From NCBI GenBank assembly GCA_048939465.1, contig JBHLPL010000004.1, positions 750 through 32,749 of the forward strand: a stretch of DNA of 32,000 nucleotides. Direction: 5' to 3'. Shown one piece after another: positions 7,898 to 18,500 of this stretch; the first letter of the stretch is position 1, and each line of letters starts with the position of its first letter. Origin of the DNA: Promethearchaeota archaeon (GTDB taxonomy: Archaea > Asgardarchaeota > Odinarchaeia > Odinarchaeales > JBHLKK01). The position numbers and the translations under genes are program-made. A model generated the notes under the pieces. That model made no database searches, had not been told where the DNA came from, and saw nothing but the letters and a program-made list of their open reading frames with translations.

Positions 7898-8098
7898 AGT
7901 CTACGGTTAACCCAATCGTAGACTACTCCTCCCTCGCAGAAGGAGCTGATGACTATGCTTGACCGCAGTTCCCTTCCTCTCCGCCCTTCAGGACGGAGTC
8001 TCCTTGACTTGGTTCGGATGAATAAGCTCCAAATCACTGAGAAGATCGATAGTCGCGAATAGATGTAAGTTCTCCTAGGTCCGTTTTCATCTATTCGC
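7898..8098 (-). ncRNA. Structured intergenic element A (ncRNA or non-autonomous mobile element; identity unknown)
   Basis: Four hairpins, two of which are complete only on the minus strand through G.U pairs. Shares a 28/32-nt motif with element B. Confidence 0.45.
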
Positions 8099-8216
8099 TG
8101 CCTTCTGTACATTCACATGTTTGACAATTGGAGGTGGTGGGGAGTTGATTAATACTTAAGCTAAAGAGATAAATCCGATTAGAATTCCTATTCATTCATA
8201 TTATGAGGTTACCACC

Positions 8217-9407
8217 ATGACGATGGGAGCTTTATCTGGAATAAGAGTTTTGGATCTATCTCGGGTCTTGGCAGGACCATTTTGTACCATGATACTGACT
8301 GACATGGGTGCGGAAGTCATAAAAGTAGAGGGAAAGACTGGTGACGATTCTAGATCTTTTCCTCCTTTCATCAAAGGTCAAAGTGCTTATTTCATCAACA
8401 TAAACAGAGGGAAGAAAAGCATAACACTCGATCTGAGACATAGAGAAGGAAGGAGGATATTCTTAGAACTGGTCAAATTATCCGATGTCGTTGTAGAAAA
8501 CTTCAGACCCGGGGTTATGGAGAGATTGGAATTAGGCTACGATAATTTGCAGCAGATCAATCCCCGAATCATTTATGCAGCCATTTCCGGATTTGGAGCG
8601 TACGGTCCGTATAAGGATAGGCCAGGTTATGATCTGATCGGACAAGCAATGGGAGGAATAATGAGCATTACAGGATGGCCAGACTCTCCCCCCACAAGAA
8701 CTGGAACCGCAATTGCAGATATTCTGGCGGGATTATTTTGCTGTACAGGTATTTTATCGGCACTCAATTCGAGAACGGCTACTGGAGTTGGCCAAAAAAT
8801 AGACGTGGCATTAGTCGATTCGGTCATGTCAGCTCTGGAAGCATATAACGAAATGTATCTCGTTGAGGGCCGGGTTCCCAAGAGACAAGGCAACAGATAT
8901 GAGTTTATCTATCCCTACGATACCTTCGAGGCAGAAGATGGTTGGGTTGTTGTAGGAATAGGTAATGACGATATGTGGAAGACCTTCTGTTCAATAATTA
9001 ACAGAGAAGAGCTTGCCACAGATCCAAGATTCATCACAAACGCGATGAGGATTGAGAACCATGTTGAGGCAAAAGCAGTAACAGAAGAATGGACATCAGA
9101 GAGGCCTGTACGCGACATCATGTCAACACTTGTAGAAAGAGGAATCCCATGTGCTCCTATCTATTCTGTCGAGGATACGTGCAATGATCCTCACATTGCT
9201 GACGCAAGAGAGATGATAGTGGAGATAGACCAACCTGGATTGGGGGCAATTAAGGTTGCAGGATGCCCAATAAAGATGTCCGGTACTAAGGCCATGGTGA
9301 GAGGATCTTCGCCCACTCTTGGTCAAGATACAATCAAGATTTTGGGAACGTTACTCGGATTATCAAAAACCCAGCTCAGGAAACTAAAGGACGGAAACGT
9401 AATTTGA
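8217..9407 (+). CDS. CoA-transferase family III (CaiB/BaiF)
   Basis: LSGIRVLDLSRVLAGPFCTMILTDMGAEVIKVE, NRGKKSITLDL, DVVVENFRPG and GYDLIGQAMGG (catalytic Asp) motifs. Confidence 0.95.
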   Translation: MTMGALSGIRVLDLSRVLAGPFCTMILTDMGAEVIKVEGKTGDDSRSFPPFIKGQSAYFININRGKKSITLDLRHREGRRIFLELVKLSDVVVENFRPGVMERLELGYDNLQQINPRIIYAAISGFGAYGPYKDRPGYDLIGQAMGGIMSITGWPDSPPTRTGTAIADILAGLFCCTGILSALNSRTATGVGQKIDVALVDSVMSALEAYNEMYLVEGRVPKRQGNRYEFIYPYDTFEAEDGWVVVGIGNDDMWKTFCSIINREELATDPRFITNAMRIENHVEAKAVTEEWTSERPVRDIMSTLVERGIPCAPIYSVEDTCNDPHIADAREMIVEIDQPGLGAIKVAGCPIKMSGTKAMVRGSSPTLGQDTIKILGTLLGLSKTQLRKLKDGNVI

Positions 9408-9592
9408 TGATTAGCAATACAATTATTGTCAAAACCAAATTGACTAATTGGCTCGGGACAATCATTTTAATTTATATTCTTTGAACCCGCCCGATCAGGT
9501 ATTGATTCTGGTGCCCTAAGTGTGCTAATCGGACCAAGAGTAATTTAATCCTTATCAATATCCAACCATCAAAACGCCACGAAAACTGATTG

Positions 9593-9820
9593 CTAGACAA
9601 GCGAACTCTTATAATACAGATAGACGAGCAAGATCGAAATCATAACCACAAAAGTGGTAACAGGTATGTAAATCTCGTAGAAAAAGACGGTCTGAGCAAA
9701 GCCAGTATGATACGAGCAGACTATAGAGATTATGTAGAACAATACTAAGGCTAATACCGCTGTTGATCCCATAAAGACCTTAAAACGCCTTTTTGGATCG
9801 ACCGTTATGACCCCCCCCAA
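9593..9820 (-). CDS. Small hypothetical membrane protein (2 TM)
   Basis: 75-aa ORF with two clear hydrophobic helices flanked by basic residues. Confidence 0.55.
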   Translation of the reverse strand: MGGVITVDPKRRFKVFMGSTAVLALVLFYIISIVCSYHTGFAQTVFFYEIYIPVTTFVVMISILLVYLYYKSSLV

Positions 9821-9955
9821 AAGAACTCTTGGAATTCGGACCTTAAAAAGTTGTCGAGCTAATTGGTTTTGCCCTTCGTGGCAATTATTACATTGATTCT
9901 TTTGATACCAACCATTTTCATGTCGATTTGACTCTTTCGTTTACTATTTGAGGAC

Positions 9956-10642
9956 TCAGAAGAGAGTTTTCGGCTTGAAATCAAATCGCCGCATAATATT
10001 TCTAATGGTCTTCCAGCTCTTTCTTACTTCCTCAGGAAAGCTCCTGTGTTTTTCATACCACTGGTTAAGAAACTTCTTAGTCCTTTCATCAGCGGGATAT
10101 CCAGAGCCAAAATCACCATACTTATCTTGCAGGTTTTTGACTATTTGATCTCTTCGAACCTTCGCCAGGATTGAGGCAGCCGCCACGATCGGGTACTTGG
10201 TCTCAGCATAATTCTCAGCCACGATTTGAGGTCTGAAGCTTAATCCTTCCCTGATTCTTCTTGTGTACTTGTCTGTGCTTACTTGTGGAGAATCGACGTA
10301 GACAATATCTGATCTTAGCTTTTCAATCAGCTCTGCCATTTTTCGGGCCTCAAGAAGATTCAACTCATTTTTCTCAACAGATTTGTCAATTTCTCTTGGA
10401 GAGATCTCCAGCAAGATGTAGCTGTCCAGTGTTTCAGCGATTTGGCTGGAAAGCGCAACTCTCCTCTTTGGAGTCAGCGATTTTGAATCCTTCACTCCTA
10501 TGTCGAGCAGTTGCCCAGTTTTCCTCTCCTGTATTAGGGCCCCGCACATTATCATTGGTCCGATTACAGGACCTCTTCCAGCTTCATCTATCCCGAGAAC
10601 CTTTCTTTTCTTGCCGTAATCCTTTGAATGCGATTTACTCAT
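9956..10642 (-). CDS. rnhB: Ribonuclease HII
   Basis: LGIDEAGRGPVIGPM, GVKDSKSL, VYVDS, VAAASILAKVRRD and DFGSGYP motifs. Confidence 0.97.
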   Translation of the reverse strand: MSKSHSKDYGKKRKVLGIDEAGRGPVIGPMIMCGALIQERKTGQLLDIGVKDSKSLTPKRRVALSSQIAETLDSYILLEISPREIDKSVEKNELNLLEARKMAELIEKLRSDIVYVDSPQVSTDKYTRRIREGLSFRPQIVAENYAETKYPIVAAASILAKVRRDQIVKNLQDKYGDFGSGYPADERTKKFLNQWYEKHRSFPEEVRKSWKTIRNIMRRFDFKPKTLF

Positions 10643-10747
10643 AATGAACCAACCACTCCACGAGTATTTGGGTCACCAGAGACTAAAATAAGTTTTGAAA
10701 ATCAGGGTAGAGTTTAGCGAAAAATAGAGAATATTGGATACAGAAAC

Positions 10748-11902
10748 TCAGATATGGCTTTTAGGTATGAGTTCATTGTCTGTGTCTGCAAAACGGTTCT
10801 TGGCGATTTCTCTTTTCTTCGTAGCTTGTTTGATGAGGTTTTCCAGTCCTTCAGCTGCTTCCGCCTGTGACTTGAGTTCGATGTATCCTTTCTTTACAGC
10901 TTCGTCAAACAATTGTTTGCCAAAAGGCGTTCTTGAAATTACAAAACACCAGCCGTCTGGAGCGCCTTGAGAACCCACGTTTATATCTGCCAGTTCGCCT
11001 GTAAGATCGGTGCATTCTTTGCATGCCTCCAGAGAATGTTCCTTGACCTCCTTGAGTTTCGCTGCTATGACCTCTTTGCTGCCCTGATAGGCATAGAAGA
11101 CTCCTTTCTTAATGTCGAATTTTGTAATGCTCTTCATGTCAAACCCTTTTGATTCTACGAAGAGCTTTATTCCATCGTAATGGAAATTATCCCAGCAGAA
11201 AACGCTAATGAAGAACTTGACAATCTCCGTGATCTTCAGGGTTCCGTGCTCGGAATACTGCATCTTTCTTAGTGATTCTGCTTGACAGGGAGTTCCCACA
11301 ATAGCAAGACTTCGCAAGTGAGAGGGGCCCGGAATATACTCATCGTATTCTTGGTATGCATATCCTAGCAGGGAATTATTGGGGGAAACCGTATATTTTG
11401 AGCCTGCTGCATTTAAGATAGCATCTTGAGATTGGGCCAGCATGGGGACGGGTTTCCAGGGAGTCTCAGGATCGGTGCCGGTCACAATTGCGGCCTTGAT
11501 GTATTTCTTGTCCATGGCGTACGTAAGGAGAGCCGTAACTACACCTCCATCCTGACAGCCCCTTCTAATTGGCCTGGCTTTTGCTCTCGCTATGGCGTAG
11601 GACTGGTATATTCCAATTGGTTCGTCTTCATTTCTTGTACGGCCGAAAAGGTCCGTTTCTGCAAGTTTGAAATCTAGGCCGAATCTGGGACAATGGGTAA
11701 CACACATACCACATTGCTCACACCTTGAAACCGGGACTGGCTTTTCATCTCTATAACCTATGGCAGCTATCGGACACGAGGAGATACAGCCGCCACAAAA
11801 CATACATCGGTCTTTCTTAATTATGTTTACCAGAAGGTCTCCAAACTTGTATTTGAAGGAATCTTTCCTTGCCATTCTTACTTCCGGAGCTGCTTCAGTC
11901 AT
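10748..11902 (-). CDS. Coenzyme F420 hydrogenase/dehydrogenase beta-subunit (FrhB/FdhB) family protein with N-terminal 2x[4Fe-4S] ferredoxin domain
   Basis: CMFCGGCISSCP, CEQCGMCVTHCP, QDGGVVTALL, AAGSKY, IVGTPCQ and CKECTDLTGELADINVGS motifs. Confidence 0.92.
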   Translation of the reverse strand: MTEAAPEVRMARKDSFKYKFGDLLVNIIKKDRCMFCGGCISSCPIAAIGYRDEKPVPVSRCEQCGMCVTHCPRFGLDFKLAETDLFGRTRNEDEPIGIYQSYAIARAKARPIRRGCQDGGVVTALLTYAMDKKYIKAAIVTGTDPETPWKPVPMLAQSQDAILNAAGSKYTVSPNNSLLGYAYQEYDEYIPGPSHLRSLAIVGTPCQAESLRKMQYSEHGTLKITEIVKFFISVFCWDNFHYDGIKLFVESKGFDMKSITKFDIKKGVFYAYQGSKEVIAAKLKEVKEHSLEACKECTDLTGELADINVGSQGAPDGWCFVISRTPFGKQLFDEAVKKGYIELKSQAEAAEGLENLIKQATKKREIAKNRFADTDNELIPKSHI

Positions 11903-12026
11903 TTTTCACACCAGAGCTAATTGATAGTTTTTCAAATTTAAAGCTTTGGCGAATACCTGCTGTCAACTCTTGCGCGGTATTCAGAAGAAGTATGCTTTAA
12001 ATCTTGCTATTTAAATCTTTACGAAA

Positions 12027-12215
12027 TCAGGCATTCAATAAAAGGAGGGGAGAAGACTCGCTCTTCTGAGTGAGTCTTGAAACGTGCTTGACAATTACCG
12101 GGGAGGGGGCACACTCTTTTCTAAGCGCACATGCCACACAAACGTCGCATAAACCCTCTAGGCAGAAATCTATAGGTACTCTATCGCATGGATATAGGTT
12201 TATATCGGTGACCAT
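12027..12215 (-). CDS. Putative small Cys-rich protein (62 aa, 6 Cys)
   Basis: GGTGA SD 6 nt before ATG; C-x4-C-x2-C-x2-C-x5-C cluster. The C-terminal half overlaps a hairpin, so coding status is uncertain. Confidence 0.45.
   Translation of the reverse strand: MVTDINLYPCDRVPIDFCLEGLCDVCVACALRKECAPSPVIVKHVSRLTQKSESSPLLLLNA
12053..12078. other. Hairpin AAGACTCGCTC-TTCT-GAGTGAGTCTT
   Basis: 11-bp stem with one G.T pair on the plus strand. On the minus strand it is followed by a pyrimidine/T tract. Confidence 0.5.
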
Positions 12216-12358
12216 ATTTTTTCACCATAAAATAATATGCAAAAACGAATTAATAAACGTTATCCGAGAATACATACTATGAAAAGTGGTAAACTCTATC
12301 TCGCAGAGAAGAATCTTTTAGAGGCAAGAAACGGATCGAAGTCACTCGCCTCAATCCT

Positions 12359-12390
12359 AAAAAAAAGAACTCGCAGAAGAAAAAGGGGGG
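12359..12390 (-). terminator. Probable T-rich terminator of gar1-tfb
   Basis: T5 and T8 runs on the minus strand immediately after the tfb stop codon. Confidence 0.45.
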
Positions 12391-12392
12391 AA

Positions 12393-13325
12393 CTAAAGCG
12401 GAACATCTAGGTTCAGTTTTTCTACTAGTTCTTTATAGCGGTTTCTCACAGTCACTTCAGTCACTTTGGTCACCTCGGCAACATCACGTTGTGTCCTTCT
12501 TTCATTCGAGATGACACTGGCGATATATAATGCCGCTGCAGCAACGCCTGTTGGACCACGTCCAGAAGTTAATCCATTCTCACTGGCAAGTTTCAGAATT
12601 TCAATTGCTTTTGACTGGACTTCTCCTGTAAGGTTCAGCTCACTCGCAAAACGCGGAATATAATAGGTTGGATTGGTGGGTGGAACAGCAATCCTCAGTT
12701 CCCGTGCTATGAAGCGGTATCCACGACCAACATCTTTCTTGCTAACATGTGATACCTCTGCTATTTCATCCAGAGTCCGAGGGACTTTGCATTGTCTGCA
12801 TGCAGCGTAAAGAGCTGCAGCAGTAACTCCCTCTATCGACCTTCCTCGAATAAGTTTCTGTTCGACCGCTTGCCTGTAGAGCATGGCAGCAGCTTCTCTT
12901 ACATTTCTGGAAAGTCCCAAGTGAGATGCCATCCGATCGAGCTCTGAAAGCGCGAAAGCGAGATTCCTCTCCGTAGCGTCAGATATACGTATACGACGCT
13001 GCCACTTCCTCAGTCGGTATATTTGCGCTCTCTTTTTGGGGCTTATATCCTTGCCGTAACTATCCCGATTCCGCCAGTCAATCATCGTACTCAGTCCCTT
13101 GTCATGGATAGTATACGTCATTGGAGCCCCAACTCTCGCTCTCTTTTCCTTTTGCTCGCTGTCGAAAGCTCTCCATTCAGGGCCATTATCAATGATTCTG
13201 GAACGTATAACAACGCCGCAATTGATACAAATTATCTCCGCACGTGCATAGTCCCTAACAAGTTTTGTATTTCCGCATTCAGGACAGGTGGTAATCACGT
13301 GTCCCTCACAATCCGGTTCTGTCAA
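12393..13325 (-). CDS. tfb: Transcription initiation factor IIB
   Basis: Zinc ribbon CPECG...CINCG, B-reader GPEWRAF, and two cyclin repeats ([46 protein letters not shown]). Confidence 0.98.
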   Translation of the reverse strand: MTEPDCEGHVITTCPECGNTKLVRDYARAEIICINCGVVIRSRIIDNGPEWRAFDSEQKEKRARVGAPMTYTIHDKGLSTMIDWRNRDSYGKDISPKKRAQIYRLRKWQRRIRISDATERNLAFALSELDRMASHLGLSRNVREAAAMLYRQAVEQKLIRGRSIEGVTAAALYAACRQCKVPRTLDEIAEVSHVSKKDVGRGYRFIARELRIAVPPTNPTYYIPRFASELNLTGEVQSKAIEILKLASENGLTSGRGPTGVAAAALYIASVISNERRTQRDVAEVTKVTEVTVRNRYKELVEKLNLDVPL

Positions 13326-13597
13326 AACTTCTTCCTCCTCCGGGGTCTTCTCCTATTGTTTTTTTCCTTATTCTTAAGATACAATACCGCCCCAACTAGA
13401 TTCTTAGCGTCTTCTGCTGGGATAGAGGGGGTAATTGAGATATAGGGCTTCTTAACAGGGCCAAAAACATCAGAAATCGTACCAGCCTTTCGTTCATTTT
13501 CTGTTAGAACCAAGGCATTAAGCGGGGGCGTAAAATCAGATTGTATTATAAGCTTTCCCATCGAAGAAACATGTGTCACCAACCCCAGCCATTTCAA
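13322..13597 (-). CDS. gar1: H/ACA RNP protein Gar1/Naf1
   Basis: [11 protein letters not shown]...[17 protein letters not shown] pattern and the conserved gar1-tfb linkage (4-nt overlap). TTG-13597 follows a GGAGGGGAG SD; the ORF extends to GTG-13624. Confidence 0.88.
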   Translation of the reverse strand: MKWLGLVTHVSSMGKLIIQSDFTPPLNALVLTENERKAGTISDVFGPVKKPYISITPSIPAEDAKNLVGAVLYLKNKEKNNRRRPRRRKKF

Positions 13598-13647
13598 GCG
13601 CTCCCCTCCGGACGGTCGGGCCACTTTCTAAAGCTCTCCAAGGATGC

Positions 13648-13661
13648 CTTATAAATTTTTT
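13648..13661 (-). promoter_or_regulatory. BRE/TATA of gar1-tfb
   Basis: Minus strand reads AAAAAA-TTTATAAG upstream of gar1. Confidence 0.55.
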
Positions 13662-13743
13662 GGTTTTAGGCTGATTTAATTTATAGTATAATTCTTAGAT
13701 TGATATTAGAACTCGATATTTAATAAAACCACCTTGAAGATGT

Positions 13744-14040
13744 TTATTTTGTTCTCAATTTCCTGAGACTAGTGGAAAATTGTTTCAACAAACTTTTCTT
13801 TTCTGTTGAACCCTTTATGATAATTCTTCCCTCTTTTCTCCACCAGAATCTAGGATAGGCAGCTTCAGGTTCTGTTTCGTATTCAACCTTCAGAGCCTCT
13901 GCCGCTTTAATCAACTCTTCCAGTTTCGGAGCTTCTATAGCTTCTTTTAGAGGCGCCCGGCGTCCGCTCCTTCTTGAAAACCTTGAATCAAAATACACAG
14001 GCCACAGGATTGAAACGCCTCTTTTTTTCAAGCTTGACAC
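13744..14040 (-). CDS. srp19: Signal recognition particle 19-kDa protein
   Basis: ILWPVYFDSRFSRRSGRR, PKLEELIKAAEAL and AAYPRFWW...GRIII motifs; AGGAGG SD before GTG. Confidence 0.93.
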   Translation of the reverse strand: MSSLKKRGVSILWPVYFDSRFSRRSGRRAPLKEAIEAPKLEELIKAAEALKVEYETEPEAAYPRFWWRKEGRIIIKGSTEKKSLLKQFSTSLRKLRTK

Positions 14041-14150
14041 GCCCTCCTGATCCTAGACAAGAAATCTGTAAATACAAGTATTTGTATCGGGTTTGACATA
14101 AAACGGCCAGTGATGGTTGTTGCGAAAGGCTCTCTGGGCGACGCTTGGGC

Positions 14151-14534
14151 CTATTCCGTAATTAAGACGGCGTTGATTATTCCATGCTGTCCAGGGCGAC
14201 TTGTGACCTTTGCCTTCCCGATATCAGTGTTTATGGTTGCACCTTTTGTTATTACACCTCGTCTCTGATAGTCAACTGTCGCAGGATTAGAAATTACGTT
14301 GATTATTCTCACCTTCTGGGTTTTTCCGTCCTCAGGATCTGTTATGTTTGCGTACTGGCCTCGGAGAAGCTTCATTTTTATGTTTCCACCCCTTGAACGA
14401 ACCTTCTTCCTTTTACTCTCCCCAGGTAGCGTTTCGGCAGATTCTCTGCCTAATTCAAACAGTCTTTTCTTACGATGCGGCCGCAGTCTGGCCCCAGACG
14501 CCTTACGTGTTGAACGGCCTTGCCACCTTCCCAT
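14151..14534 (-). CDS. rps8e: 30S ribosomal protein S8e
   Basis: [13 protein letters not shown]...[28 protein letters not shown] and [15 protein letters not shown] motifs. Confidence 0.97.
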   Translation of the reverse strand: MGRWQGRSTRKASGARLRPHRKKRLFELGRESAETLPGESKRKKVRSRGGNIKMKLLRGQYANITDPEDGKTQKVRIINVISNPATVDYQRRGVITKGATINTDIGKAKVTSRPGQHGIINAVLITE

Positions 14535-14722
14535 AGGTTTTCACTTCAACACTCAATTTACGCTAAGACTATTCAAATGCAGTTAAAAACCTTTTTGTAT
14601 CATTTCTATCGAACTTTCTTTTTGTACTAATTATCCAGATTTTCACCACCCCAGATGGCTGGCCATAGATAGGAATAATGATCATAGAGTCGAATGCTGT
14701 AATATGTTCTGAAGAGGTGATC

Positions 14723-15166
14723 ATGCTGCCAGGAGTAAAACTTAAATATCGCAAAAAATTAAGTTTTATAATAGATAAGCTCAATCGAGGTCAAGGAACT
14801 TCAGAGTTGACAGTTATGAGGCTGGGAAAGTGGGAAAGAGCGATAATGCAAAAAATCTTTGATCATGAACTGGAATCGTATTACAGAAATCAGTATAACG
14901 AAATCCTTCACTTGTTTCCAAAAACAATTAAAAACAGAAGGATCATTTGCAGTCAAGCGATAAATCGCCTTATTGAAAAGAAAATGGTGGAAAAGACGTG
15001 GACAATCGAAAATGTCTACAAAACGTATCGTTACGGCTTGACTACCCTTATAGTCAGCAATGGCAGAAAACCAGATCTATTTCTCAGTTTCAAGCTTACA
15101 GATAAGGGACGGGAAATCACCAAGCATTTTGCAGCTGGAAGTCAAGAGTACGCCTTTCAGGACTGA
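14723..15166 (+). CDS. Hypothetical winged-helix protein
   Basis: GAGGTGA SD before ATG-14723. SQAINRLIEKKMV helix followed by a long wing ending FKLTDKGREI, a typical wHTH terminal motif. Confidence 0.7.
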   Translation: MLPGVKLKYRKKLSFIIDKLNRGQGTSELTVMRLGKWERAIMQKIFDHELESYYRNQYNEILHLFPKTIKNRRIICSQAINRLIEKKMVEKTWTIENVYKTYRYGLTTLIVSNGRKPDLFLSFKLTDKGREITKHFAAGSQEYAFQD

Positions 15167-15507
15167 TTGCATACCATAGAATATATCTCCCTCAACAAGA
15201 CATCGACCTCAATCCAAATTCTTTGAGTTGCTTGAGATCAAATCACCCAAACAACGTTTGAGGGGTATTAATTTCCAAACCAATCTTCTCAATCGACTTT
15301 CATGGTTAGAACCCTTCAAATAAGAAACCTTTTATGTTTGTGTTTTTTAGCTTCGTAATGGAATAGTCAATCGAGAGATTCCTCTACCTCAGTATCTTAT
15401 TGAGGGAATATCTAAGTAAGATATCATTTAATAGGTACGTCAACAAAAAGTTTAATCAGCAGAGTCTAACCAAGGAATCGTACTATGAATGCGGGAGTGA
15501 AGCCCTC

Positions 15508-18500
15508 TTGGTCTTCATCAAGAAAATTGAAATGAAGGGGTTTAAGTCCTTTGGGAATCAAAAACTGATATCGCATTTTCCTAGGGGATTCACCGCCGTA
15601 GTCGGTCCAAACGGGAGTGGAAAGAGCAACATTTTGGATGCCTTTTGCTTTGTCTTAGGACACTTGAGCGCCAAAACAATGAGAGCCGGATCCTTCTCAG
15701 ATTTGATATACTCGGGCGGGGATTCATCGCCTTCTGCCAAATATGCCCGTGTAACGCTCTACCTCGATAATTCAGATGGGGGGATCCCTATCGATTCATC
15801 TTCAGTTGTGGTTGCCAGGGTAATAGATCAGGAGGGTCGGGGCGCTTACTGGCTAAATGGTAAGCGAGTGACAAGAAATCAAATCATCGATCTACTTGGG
15901 ATGGCAGGCATTTCTCCCAACGGTTATAATATTGTTCTTCAGGGGCAACTGGCCCAGTTCATCCAAATGAGTCCAGTAGATCGAAGAATATTAATTGAAC
16001 AAGTTGCAGGTATTGCAACATATGATGAAAAGAAGGAGAAAGCATTAGGCCAGCTAAAGCTAGCAGAGCAGAACCTTTCTAAAATCGAACTTCTGATCAG
16101 AGAAGTTATGAGCGAACTGGAAAGGCTGGAAAAAGAGAAGAATGATGCAGTAAGGTGGCAAGAGCTTTCAAAAGAGATCAAGAAGTCTGAAGCCTTAGTT
16201 GTGTTTAACGAACTGCAAAATACAGAACAAGAGCTATCCGGAAATCAAATACTGATCGACGAGAAGAAGAAAAGACTTGATAGACTGGAGAAGGATGGTA
16301 CTCAGCTCAGCCTAGAAGTGAGTAAGAAAAGAGAAAGATTAGAGGAAATCGATGCGGAAATTAGAACAAAACAAGAGGATGAGCTTGAGAAAGTGCGAGC
16401 TGAGATAAACGAGCTAAATCGCTTGGTATCTCAGATGGAAGCCGACTTCAGATACTTGAACAACCGATATGAAGAGGGTAAAGAAAACCTACAGAAACTC
16501 GATCATGAGAGTAAAGAGATTGAGGATCTGATTCAAAGACTGCATAATGAGATTCAGAAATTAAAGGAGCAAAAGACCGCGATTCAGTCCAAGATTGCAC
16601 AAAAGGATGAACTTACTTCCGAAATAACCCAGCACATATCCCAGAGAGATACAACATACAGCGCGAGCATAGTCAAACTCAGGAACATCCGAAAGCAATT
16701 GGACTTGAAGAGAGGCGAGCTTGCAGATATCTCGACCCAAAAGAGCGTCATCGAAAAAGAGTTGTCCTACCTTTATGAAGATCGAAAAAGTCTAGAATCG
16801 ATACACTCAGAGAGAAGCAAGAGAGTGGAAGAAACCATAAAAAGAAAAGAAACTCTTGAGGCTGAACTTAATCAAGTCAGATCTGAGATAGAATCCCTCG
16901 AAAAGCAGAAGCGGGAGGCAGATGAAGAGACACGATTAACGGTAAAACAGCTTAGGACGACTGAGGAATTGGTAAGGAACGCGAGAGAAGAAATCATAAA
17001 ACTAAAGGTACGCATAAACTCAATCAGAGAGGCGCGAGCACGCTTTCTCAGAAGCAGACCGGCTGTGCATGAAGTGCTTGAACTACGCGATAACAACGTT
17101 GTTGAAGGGATATTTGGAACTATAGCCGAGCTAGGCGTTGTTAGTTCTGAGTACGCAACCGCTTTGGAGGTCGCAGCTGGAGCTAGACTAAGCTATGTAG
17201 TTGTCAGGGACGACGATGTCGCTGCAAAATGCATAAACTATCTCAAACAGAAAAAGCTAGGCCAGGCTTCTTTCTTGCCTTTGAATAGATTAATTCTGCA
17301 GACACCCAAAGAACAGATCAGGGGTAAGGGTGTAGTAGCCCCTGCAATAGAGCTAATACGGTTTGAGGGGCAGTATAAGCCAGCTTTTGATTATGTTTTT
17401 GGGAGAACACTAATAGTAGACGATCTGAATACAGCCCGTTTCTTGAAAGCCGGCTCCAATCTTAGAAAAGTCACAGTCGATGGGGACGTCGTCGAGCCTA
17501 GTGGGCTAATGACGGGTGGCCATTACATCAAACCAGTCAAAATTACGCAGGAAGACGAAGAGACTCTGCCTAAGGTAGAGGAACAACTAAATGGCCTAAT
17601 AAAGACCCAACTGGATCTTAGAGACAAACGAGATGGCTTAATCGCCAGCATTGACAAAGTGCAAAATGAATTACTTCAAAAGAGAGAGAAGCAGAGCGAG
17701 ATTACCGCAAAATTGGAGAGCATAAACCTTCAAGTTCTGGAAGAAGAAAAGTCTCTTAACGAAATTCTTCCAAAGATGAGCGAAACTCAGGATATAGTGG
17801 ACGAGAAGAAAACGAGTCTTCAGACTTTGGAAAATCAAAGTGCCAAGGTTGAAAAAGAAACACAAGAGTTATCAAGACTAAGCGAAGAGCTAAGCGAAAT
17901 CGTTGAACGTTCTACTGTCGCTGAACTCAATGAGAAGATCAAAGCCCTTGAGAAGGAGCGTGAACAACTTAAGGATTCTGCCGCGAATATTGATGTCGAT
18001 TTGACTCAGAATCAAACTAGGTTAAACTATCATCTTCTTCCTCGAAAAGATGAGATTCTCTCAGTCATCTCTAAACTGGAAGAAATGCTTCCCGAGCTTG
18101 AGAAAGAGCTTCTAGCCAAAGAGACTGAATTAGATGAGCAGAGAGAGATATTTGGCAAATTTCACGAAGAAAAGGGAAGAATAGAGGGCTTAATAGGAAA
18201 GCTTCAAAAAGAAAAGCAAGAAATCTATCTCGGAATCCATGAGAAGACAAACAAACTCTCCGGCATGGAAAAGGAACTCATGGATCTGCGACTTGAAATC
18301 AATAGTCTTGAAGTCAAGGGAGATAACTATCAAAACAGGCTAGTCGATCTTAAGTCAAAAGCGCAGGAATACATTTTGTTTAAACCTCCCGAGATCGTTG
18401 AGATAGACGTTCGGAAACTAGGGGAAAGAGTTAGGGAACTTCAGGAGGAGAAGATGGCGCTTGAACCAATCAATCAGAAAGCGATACTCAGATACCCAAC

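Noticed and set aside
7940-8040. Element A as a fluoride or glycine riboswitch, hammerhead ribozyme, SECIS or standard C/D sRNA
   Set aside because: GCTGATGAC, GAAGGAGC and CTGATGA give superficial matches only. The crcB pseudoknot, the glycine CCGAAG/CTCTCAGG core, the hammerhead GAAA and the SECIS helix II are absent. Box C is not kept in element B, and the wobble pairs favour the opposite strand.
8131-8148. GGGGAGTTGA as an att-site duplicate of the tRNA-Cys 3' end
   Set aside because: The match is only 10 nt, the acceptor-stem part does not align, and there is no integrase.
9481-9535. TPP-riboswitch-like ACCTGATCGG or tRNA-like GGTTCAA on the minus strand
   Set aside because: No CTGAGA motif, no cloverleaf and no thiamine gene downstream.
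10748-11902. Selenocysteine recoding in the FrhB-family or other genes
   Set aside because: No in-frame TGA interrupts any recognisable protein in the window, and no convincing SECIS was found.
12042-12097. Possible third copy of the A/B motif (AAGGAG...TGCTTGAC)
   Set aside because: Only 8 contiguous nt match and the flanks do not align; compatible with chance.
15400-15507. 36-aa N-terminal extension of SMC in the ORF track
   Set aside because: SMC homology starts at FIKKIEM, and TTG-15508 has its own SD.
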